DNA from: Lingula anatina
Taxonomy: Eukaryota > Animalia > Brachiopoda
NCBI GenBank assembly: GCA_051362555.1
Contig: CM120643.1
Location: forward strand, 18,418,848-18,482,847
Direction of reading: 5' to 3'
Length of the DNA: 64,000 nt
Part shown: one piece after another, positions 27,901 to 38,600 of the stretch
How the letters are laid out: each line of letters begins with the position of its first letter
Position numbering within the stretch: the first letter of the stretch is position 1
The notes under the pieces: model-generated
Databases searched by the model: none
Seen by the model: only the letters and a program-made list of their open reading frames with translations
What the model was told of the DNA's origin: nothing
Position numbers and translations under genes: made by a program

Positions 27901-28561
27901 AGCTTATTAGTCCATGTCAAAGGGGGTGGGGATTTCAACGAGCCATCCAACCATAAGAATTTTAACGAGCCTTCCAGCCATAAGATAGAACGTCCTCTGC
28001 TCCCAGAGGCCATGCAAATGACAGCTGTACTGCTCCCTGGCTAAACCCTTGATTAAATCTGTATTTTAACATCGAACAATATTTTTTGGCCATAATTGAT
28101 CATTTCAATGGGAAAAATTTGCTATGTTGAACCCATATTGTATTTACAGATGGCCTGGAAAGAACTGTACCATTTCAGCTCTCTGCCCAGGTGTGTATGT
28201 CTGACTCCGCTGTGTCTGGTGCCAGTTGTCTCTAAGAGGACATTGCACTCCACAGGTGGTTTGTGTGGCTTACGATAAACTCCCATTTACAACACTAATC
28301 CAATATTTATCATTGAAGTTTTTTCAAGTTTTGATTGTATTACCTCCCCTTCCCCCCTTCCCTATCCCCTGTCTCATCCTACAAGAGCCCCCTCTCTTCA
28401 TCAGATATATGTACCTGGTGGTATAACTAAACGTCTGGTGGAATATTATTTCCCCTTGAATAAATATAAGCCAGAAAAATTGAATTTGTTTTAAACATGC
28501 TTTTTAAACTTGTTTTAAACTGCAAATTGCCCCCTCCCCACACACACACAAACGCACGCGC

Positions 28562-28607
<46 letters not shown>

Positions 28608-29562
28608 TCACATTGAGGATTAGCGGGAAGCAGCACATGACAGAAGTCACATCCCAGTAAGCTACATTTACAAATACAATGAGAATGTGGGCAAGTTATA
28701 CTGCTATCTGGAAAAGTCATCAAATTCTGGATAAATTATATGGCCAAGATTGTACTTTATTCAAATAAATTACCCTCTCTGGCAAGTTCATATTCCTCGG
28801 TGATTTGTGACCTGCTTTGCCGAACTGACAGGCGATGGCAGTAAATTCTCGACTGATAACTCCAGACTTTTTTGCACTCGAGATATGAGATGACGTTTTT
28901 CATTTCCCCTTTATTTGCAAGGTGACAACTGAGCCCTTTTAATGAAGTGTTAAATTGGAAGCACTCTGGGATTTTGAGAGTTGCTCGACATGCCACTCAT
29001 GCGCTAAGCAAGCAAACGAATAGGGGGAAAACTAATTTGTTTCATAGGGTTAGGTAAGGTGTCGAGTTAAGATAATATTATAAAAGGGGTGTAAAAATAA
29101 CAAGTCATTTAAGGAGCAAGAGAATAAAATGCTAAAATACCTCTGGCACGACATTTTTTTTTCCAGAAAGTAAAAGGATAGAGAGATTTGTGCAAAGGTA
29201 AAAATTCTACTTATTGTATGCAGTGGGGATACGATTACGCGGAATGTTTTTGTTGTAAAATCAGCTGAACAAGCTTCCAAAAATAAACTCATCCATGTCA
29301 AAAAGTAAACTCAGTCGGGTGCTTTGTGTGCTTTAGGGACGGTTGTGGTATATCACTAATCTTTGACATTTTCGAACGTGGTGACGCAAAAATGTTCCAC
29401 ATTATTGATCATTATTTGAACAGCATGCCTTGGAATTTTAAGTCATGTTTGTGTACAAGTTGTTGCGACCGTACCCTGGGGGTTGCCTGATTAAACTGGG
29501 CTCACAGCAGGCAGGAAGTGTTTTTCTTTTGTTTTTCAATGGTGATTGCGTGGGGAGCATGG

Positions 29563-29610
<48 letters not shown>

Positions 29611-32600
29611 GAGAACAGTAGGATTACATTTGTCTTAAACATGCTGCATTTAAATGGTCCACAGAAGGGTTGGCACTATTTGTATGTGAATGCGTCTTAA
29701 GCTTATTGAGTAATTTCCTCTACTGCCCTGTTTTTTATTTTATTTCATTTTATTTTTATGATTGCCCCATATTAAATTCAGATATATTTGTCTCAGATAT
29801 TTAGGCAGGTTTACTCTCAGTATCAAACTGACAATCTAGTGGGTTTTCATTCATATGAGTCAATATGGCTTGGTTCCACGAAGTACAAGTTCCAAAAAGT
29901 TAACTGAAGTCAACATCATATATAGATAAGTTATCAATGAATTAATGATTTATAAGTTAATTATTATATTATAAACTAATGAATTAATGGTTATTTTAGT
30001 TGAAGCAAATTCTCTTATGCTGTCATAGTATATTGAAAATGATTCTAAATGTGGAAAATATGATCAATTCTGGCTTATTTGTCTCTGTAAATATACAATA
30101 AATTTGCATGCTTTTTAGCTAAGCGAAATCACCCCATCAAAATTCCCCTTCTGAGAAACTTTAGTGATAAGCATCTCATTTGGCATCTGTTGTTGCCTAC
30201 TCTGATAAGGCAAAATTCTTGGGTCCTTGTATATTTAATTTCCTACTCTATCCAGTAATCTGTAAGTTATTATTTTTTTTTTTTCAGGTACTTGATTGAT
30301 ATTTATGAACAAAACTGAAGATAAAATAACCTTGATGTAAACCTGGTTGCCAGGGAACTGTGCTATATACATTGCCAAAAGTTGATGATTCATAGGTTCT
30401 GAATATTTCCATTTTAGCTGTCTGTATTTTATTATGAGATACACGTGTCTTTTGTTGACATTTTATACCCCTTATACAATGTTAACTTTCCAAAATTGTC
30501 GATGAAGTGCTGAAGTTGCATATATGATATATTTGTTTACAACTTACTGCTTACTGCCTGAATAGGGATGCTTGTCGAGCTTGTTGACTTTTGACTCCCA
30601 TTTTATTTTCTTTACTTAGTTGAGTAAGAAGTTGCATATCGTTTTTGTTTACCTGTACCTGGCAGGGTATTTTTGTTGCTTATAATATTGAATTTTGTTC
30701 TGTTTTTGTTATATTGATTGGATTATTAAAAGGCATCAATTTCCATGTATGCAGGTGTCAGTTTTGATATTTGATAGTCTAGACTGTTGGGCACATCGGT
30801 CAGATATATACAGCGGTCACCATGGTCTCATTGCTTGACCACATACTCCCCAAGTTGTGCCTTTGTCAGCTCTCAACAAGTCCAAGGTAAGAAATAAGGA
30901 AAAGTCAAAAAATGATATTTAGCTAAAACAAATTTTTTACAAATGCCTTTTCAAATTCCCTTGTCATTTTTTGTAGTAGAAAAAAGTATTTCAAGGTAAC
31001 TGGTCTATTTGGAGGACGCACATACACTAAAAATGGACACCAGTTTTTAGAAAGGTCATTCGTCACTCAGTTTGGAAGGACAACAATTAAATGACATGTT
31101 TTTAATTCTGAGAGGCCAAAGTGGTACAGCCAAACTGTGTTTTACACCGCTGTATTTGTAAAGGAAATCTCGTTACACAAGTCAACATGGAGAGCGAGCT
31201 TCCACTGAGATAACTTGTGGTCACGTTCACACTTGTATCTCAAAGTCAGTTTGGCCCCATACTGAAGACAATGTTAGGCATGTTGATTCAATGTATCTTA
31301 CTGGGTTCAAAGTCTGTAGTAAAGCAATCAGACTTGTTTCTGATGACAATTTTTCTGATTTTTTTTACTTTTCACTAGTCAAAGTTGATTGCAAGATTCG
31401 TGATGTGACACTGATTTTTCAGCTGGTAGCTTAGCAATCTGTTGAGGCTTATTTGAATTTTGCAAAACAAGATTTGTTGCATGGGGTTCATTATTCCATG
31501 GCCCTAGGGCCTCATTTGTTATAGAACTTCAAATAAAAGATTGTCTATATGTTCACCCAAGATAAGTCAAATAAAATATTGCACCCATGTTATAGCAAGA
31601 GAAAAATGGCTACTTTATTTTAATCGACTAATGATTTGTGGTGTAACAGTTGGGACCAACTTTCAGTCCAAAACTTTTGTGAAATGTGGGCTACGACTTA
31701 GAATTTGGGGAACCCAGGTGTGATTGAGATGGTTTTGATAGGGATTTCAGGTAACAAGCCCAGACCTGAAGACCTGGTTTTGTTTGTTTTACTGTTTATA
31801 AAGGGTGGCAGGTAAAACGGCTGAATCACTGCCTGGCTGTGGTCAAAGTCAGCTACAGTAAGTTAAGGTTTATCCATGTTCAGCCCTGATCATGTATAGT
31901 AATGTTGAATCTTGTTTAAGTTATAGTTATTGCATGTGAAGTACAGGTATCCATTTTTAAGACCCTGCAGCAGAAATTGAGTCTTTTATTATTTAATAAC
32001 ATATAAGACTTTGTGAAAAACAAGTGCTTGCCATGCAAGTGGAATACAAAATTTGACATGTCCTTTTCTGGGGCTTTGAGACACTGCTCCTGTCCCCATG
32101 TTTGAATTGAAGTGTGCAGGATCATTTTATCCATGTTCTGGTCCTATAGTGGATAATGGGGCCATGTGAACCATGGATAGTTAAGTTTACAATGTAGATT
32201 TAAGTAGATCTGTCTGGGCAGGGACCTGCAGTGGATGGCAGGTAGAAGTATCTGACAGGTGAGTCTGAGAGGATGGCTTTCTCCTCGTAGGGTTTTGAGG
32301 GCCCTTTACACACCTTGTGGTATACTTAAACAGTGCAGTCTTTACCAGTTCTGCTGTAATTAATCCTTTTAGCAAGTGCTCCACAATTTGGTTTATTGCT
32401 GTTTTGCTAAGTTAATTAATTGGCCATATCAAGCTTGGAGACCCCGTCTAGGTGAATATCTCAATGATAGCGAGATAATTTGGTTGCTATTCTCTCAGAG
32501 TGCATCAGTACAGAGCGTATAGTGCATTAACCACTAGACGTGAGAAGATCTTAATTGGCTGACAGATTTTTTTTTAAATCAAATATGTGTAAAAAAAATT

Positions 32601-35600
32601 GAAATTAGTTGTTGCCTTTGGAACATGAACTGGAAGACTAACCAGGTTGTCTTTTTCTAAGGCATATAGTATTAGCTTTATAATTCACTATCAAATTCAC
32701 GCTCATCTCTGCTGGTAATCATTAATAAATACATCACCAAGTCAAACAGTACAGTGTTGCAGGTTTGTCTCCTCCATTGTCCAGTCACTGACCAGAGACA
32801 AGGTAGAAATGCCCAGTAGCCACGTGGGACCACATGTCATGCAAGTTTCTCACTATTGATTTGTGTTCTACATAAAGCCAGGTTATCCGATTGATGTTAT
32901 TAATGTTTGAGCATTTTCCCTAACAAAATTATCCTAAGTATGTTTTATGTTTCCCCAAAAGGCAGTTATAAGATTATTTCAAGGGACCCTCATTAATCAT
33001 TGATACAAACAACTGCAGGGTTCTGTCGGAGGTTTCCCCATTTAACAGTATTGAAAAAAGTCCATTTGCTTATTAGTTTAGCTTGTGGTCATGCCATTGA
33101 CCGGGTCATCCACCAGGTAAGTTGTCATTAATAAGGGGTTTGTAACTGGATGTTTGTTTTATGCCAGCAGGTATTCCATTTTACATTGCATTGATATATA
33201 TTTGGCATATCATAAGAAATTTAACAGGATTTCATCATCCAGTGAAGGCCATTTGACAAACATTCTCATTTCTGTGACATGGTGTTAAGGATATTTTCAG
33301 GTGCTTTTTATATGTTATCAGGCTGTTGGTTTAGAGTAAGTACCTTTTGATGAAGTTTATGATTGATCCAGATTGAAAAGAATTCTCAAGCTTAGGTAAA
33401 AGTGTTGTGCTGTGTTTTGATAAAAAAAGTCATTTCAGTTGCTTGTCTTCAGCACAAATGATGAACTTTACAGAATGTTAGTGAACACTAGTGAATGTTA
33501 GCAGTAGCATAAAAATTTAAAGCCTCTGACTGAATTCATGATTTAAAATGGGAAATTTGGAACATGATTAACATGACCCTTATAAGTATAGTTTACTATA
33601 ATTTTTATTATATTTTTAACTATTTATTTATTTATTTTTGTCTGGTGAATGTGGTATTTTAAAATTTTGCTGCATAAGTTGTAAACAATTGCAAATTCAT
33701 GATTGCTTACCTAGGCTCATAATATGGGGAAATTGCAGTGAGTACAAACAGATAAAACAGAATTTAAAACAACACCCAGTCAAAATCACCTTTTGCTGGA
33801 AGCATTTTTCACTAATAAATCACTTCCTTTACCTATAAGTCAAGATAACTGTGTATAAGACATGATAAATACTGTTTTTGAATATCATCATGGAAGAATT
33901 CTTAGACAAGCCCCAGCATGAAGCAGTGAGAAGACCTGTTGCATTGCAGAGTAAACACGGGTCTTGAAATAGGATTACTCTCAATTCGTAATGACAGAGA
34001 ATATGCAAACATGATTTATTAAGGCTTCAGCCTTGGCGCGCTAAGATACCATCGATTGCAGTTTCCTACCCTGGCTGCTGTATTTCAAGTAGCGTGTATG
34101 AAAAAAAATATTGCATAAAGAGACATATATGTGCACATGCTGTTTGTGTGAGAGTTGGAGGATATGGTGCATGTTGAGTACATGTGTCTTGAAGTAAAAT
34201 GAAAAAAGTAATTTTAATATACATTATGTATGAATAGAAAGATAATTTTAATGAATGTATGTAAATTACATGCTTAAAGTAAAATATATGTATTAGTATT
34301 CAGGAGAACAAAAAGTCTCATAAATTTCAGTAGGAAATAAACATGTATATAGGCTATAAGAGTAGTTTTTAATTTATGTGAGAGAGGAAGACATGAGTGG
34401 CAGATGTTTCTCTCTCTCTCTCTCTCTCTCTTTCTGGATAGCAAAAATAGATATATACTAGTGGCAAATAAATACTATAGATTTACACTCTAAACTTTTT
34501 TTTAAAAAATAGCTGTTATGATAACTGGTTTGCTTTTTGGTTGAATGATTTGCAAATATCATGATATCGAACAGATCCAGGGTTGAATTTTGCTTGAACT
34601 GGGAATTCACTTCAGAAAATGATTTTTTTTCTCTCAGTGTTTCAGGCTAAAAAGAAAAATCAACAAGTATTCCCTCAGGCTTTTCTACTTGTCGAATCCT
34701 TGTTCATGAAATTTTCAAGACCATTTGTATAATAGTATATATACATTTTTTTTCCAGGAAATTTCCCAGCAATAAGCGACGATCTGGTGAACTCGTACCA
34801 CTTGCTCCTGTGTTGCGTAGACTGGTTCTTTGGTAACGCCTTATTAGCAAATCGCCAGGATCTGCTCAGAGGTGATTTTGCAGGTGAGTCATAGACACAT
34901 AGGCAGATACTCTAGTTTTTTTGCAAATATTAAAAAAAAATTAATAAAGCCTGTTTGAATTCTGTGAATCATTGCATCAGATATTAAATGTGTTTTCTGA
35001 GTAATTAATCAAAATATCTTTCAATTGGTAACTTTTCTGTTTATATTACAGCAGTTGCATTGGTACCCACAGGTAAAGCATTGTGAAAAACTACTGTCCA
35101 CCCCCCACCCCCACCCCTGAGTTCAGAGATGCCTTCATACTTCCCTATAAGCCATAAATGAGTTTGCTGGAACCTCTGAAACTCAGGGGTTCTTGATCTG
35201 CTCCTTGTCACAGGGCACCTGGTAAGAGTGTGTTTGGATGGCAGGAAATCTCAATGAATCAGAACTACAGAAGTTCAGTGTTCCAAGTTAAGTAGCGGCC
35301 TATTGCAGAAGACGTCTCAATGAAAGCAAAAACCTGCCAAATAATCCAAACAGCAGCTTGTATTTTTGTATTGGCAGTGGGAGCAAAACGTGCTTAACCC
35401 TGAAAACATCAGTTTTAGGCACAGTCAACTGAGCAGGGTAACGCGCACACACACATCTGGAAAGCAGCTGAATAGGGGGAGGGGGGGGGATGTTAATGAT
35501 GTCCGTCTGTAAGAATGTTTGAGTCGGTCATATCCGAACCAGTTTTAAATGCCAGTCTAATGTTTAAAGCCATTCTACATCAATCTAATGCATGGTGCCA

Positions 35601-38600
35601 TCTCTAAACCAGTCTAAGGTGTGGTAGACCATATGTTTACCTGTGTTATATGTGTTAGGTCATCTCTAAACTGTTCTTGGGTGAATCTTATGCCATATAT
35701 ACCATCTCTGAACAGCTCTTGACTTAGCATAATGTTTTGGCATCTTCTAAACCAGTCTTGAGTGAATGGATGCATGGATAATATTGGGCCTTGAATGCAG
35801 GATATATTGCAGGGTTCACAGTTTGTTATTGAAGCAGAAATTTTTCTGCAGATTGCAATCAACTGCAACTTGCCTGAACTCAAAACTTTCAATGAGACAG
35901 GGATAGGAATTTTCCATTATTCTGAAAGCATTTTCCCGGGTTTTCCAGAGAAGAAAACTGATGCTGGATTTTATAAAGAATATTTCTTTTTTGAAAATGA
36001 GGGTTTGGATTCATGTAGGATAATATAGGCTTTTTTTTACTCCTTCAAAATCACTATCTCAAGTCCAGTTGCTGGCCATGTGGAGAATGAACAAAGTGAA
36101 CAGTGCCTAAAATGTCAGTGTGCACTGCCGGTGTAAGCCCATTTGTGCACCATTGTTGTGAGATTGCTACATTTAGGTAAATAGTTCTTATTCAAAGAAT
36201 GAAGTGGTCTGTAAGCCCAGGGGGATTATGGAGTGGTAGAGGGCTGTGTTAAATACGAACCCATTGGGGCAAGTTTTACACTGCTCTCAATGGGCAATGT
36301 TTACATGTTGTGTACTACACTCATAATGTATTTAGACCCCTTGGGGTCTTGTGTCGTCTGAATGGTACAACAGCGGCAGATTTTTTTGTGAGCTTTGTTT
36401 TTGGAGAACAAAGTGCCAAATACAGGAGTGTTTGACTGCGTTTTGCTGGATAAATGAAGAGAAATTTGCATGATTCTTTCTAGAACAAAAGGTGAAATTT
36501 AAACTATGTTTGGAGTTTGGCATACAGTCTAGTCGTTTGGGGTTGGTGTAATTGTTGGCTTAGTTGTAATGCGTGGCGGGGTGAGTATGGAAAATATAGT
36601 CATTAAATTGAATTTTTTATCATGAGTGTAATCTTAATTAAGACTGAAATTTTAATTTACTGAACTACTCATGAACAATTTGCTTTTGTTAAAGCCAAGT
36701 TTTCTTAAGACCTGAGTTTACAAAAATCGTGAAAAGTATGAGATTGTAACTGTGGATCAGCTGGGCCATTTCATATAAAAGTTTAAATCGTAACTTGCTC
36801 TATTTAATTATTTGCCGTGAGTGTATCATCCCTAGGATTAGAGTAGATATATCTTGGTCTTGAAATTAAGACAAGCTTTTGGCTTCTGACTTTTTGAGAA
36901 GCAGAAGCCTGGACCAGCTGGGAAACATTTCAAATTAAAGGTCACCTTTCCTGTATTTTACTTGGACCCCTTTGATTCCTCCTTCCATCTACCTTTCACT
37001 TCAAAGATTTGTAAATCCATGGTTTGTTGTACTTTTCATCACCTTCCGTTGTTTTTATGCTTGCTGTAAACTTTCACTTCAAGTGTGAAATGGTATGTTT
37101 TCCATCTTAAATGTTCACAAGAGCTCAGTTGTCAGTCAAAATGCTGTGTTTCTACTCCTGAGTTCTTTTTTTCCCTCTTGATCAAAGCAGAATACTTTTA
37201 GTTGTTTAATGCAAGGTTTTGGTTTAACAGTTATTTTCTCCACATAAAGGTGAAGAAATGAGGACTGAACACTAATTGTGTGGGACTTGGGGGGGGGGGG
37301 GGATTAATGAAGGTATTAATGTTGCTCACATGCTACATCTAACTTATTATATGCATGCAGTGCCAATGGAGTAAGTGAAATTTTGAGTCCTCTTCTTCAG
37401 GTATAAATGGTAAGACATTCTTTTGTGATATGCTGGTTTATAATTTTTTGTTCATATTAAGTTGGTTACTAACCAGAACATCTGGGACGAGAATGCAACA
37501 CATGGTGGTTAGAATGGACCAGTTACATTACAAGTTGTTAGAAAGAAAACATTTCTCTTAAGTTCATAAACATAGACTTTTTGTAAAAAGAGACCTCCAT
37601 TTTGTAAAACAGAGACTAAAAAGGTCCCCCCCTCCTTCCAAATTTCTCAGAAGGCCATCGCAGCAGTCACCCATCAGTATGCATTTTTGCTGCTTGTGTT
37701 TCTCTGTGAAATGAGGGAGTGTCCTAACTTGCCCAAATCGGTTTCACTTCCTTTCCAAACACCATTTCCTTGAAACTACCAGGGCAATGACTCAAAGACA
37801 ACCAAAGGTGTCTTCTGTACTAATCAATTGCTTTGACATAAATCGGCCTTCCATTTCTCAAAATATCTTTGGAGATCCTTTCTCTCTATGCAGTTTATGA
37901 TTACTTCTGATCCCAAGTTACTTGAATATAACTCCCAGAAAAATGTCCACGGCAACTCTTTAAATTCCCAGTTAAGGTATCCTTGCTGGTAACAGTTGTT
38001 TTGAAACATGGAGACCTTAAACTTGTTAAATGTTACCACTCTCAGCAACAAATTTTATCTAGATTTTCAGCTTGGATTAAAGGTTGCGTGTGTATATAAA
38101 TTAAACCACCAAAAATTGAAAATTGACTGTGTATTTCCTTTTTATTTTTTCTAGGGTTTCCAGTACTTCAAGCATGTATGAAATAAAACAACAACAGAAA
38201 TTGAAAATCGATAGTGTATTTTCTTTTAATTTTCCAGGACTCCCAGAAAACTACCACAGCAAAGACTTCAAGCCTCCCACAGATATTCCTTGTATCATAC
38301 AGCTGCTGTGTGAGAAACACGAAGGTCTCACAGTGGAGGCCAAGGGGATAAAAGAACACTGGTGGAAGCCCTATATCAAGAAGCTTTTTGACAAAAAAGT
38401 AAGTGATTTTGTGGAGCAGGTGGCAAGTTGAACCTCTCTGTAGTTTGTAGGCCTAGCTTTACAAACACTACTTGCATGCACACAAACATGTTCACACACA
38501 CACGCGCGTGCGCGTGCATGCACGCACATACACATGAAAACATGGCAAATGAGTTAGGAGTCATGATGTTTGATTTGCCTTCTGTGTTGCCCTGAATCAT

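Noticed and set aside
37977-38022. U12-type donor-like GTATCCTT followed by CCTTAAAC in RBL intron 5
   Set aside because: No associated exon, imperfect branch site, and not the tandem arrangement of a U11 splicing enhancer. All reconstructed introns look U2-type.
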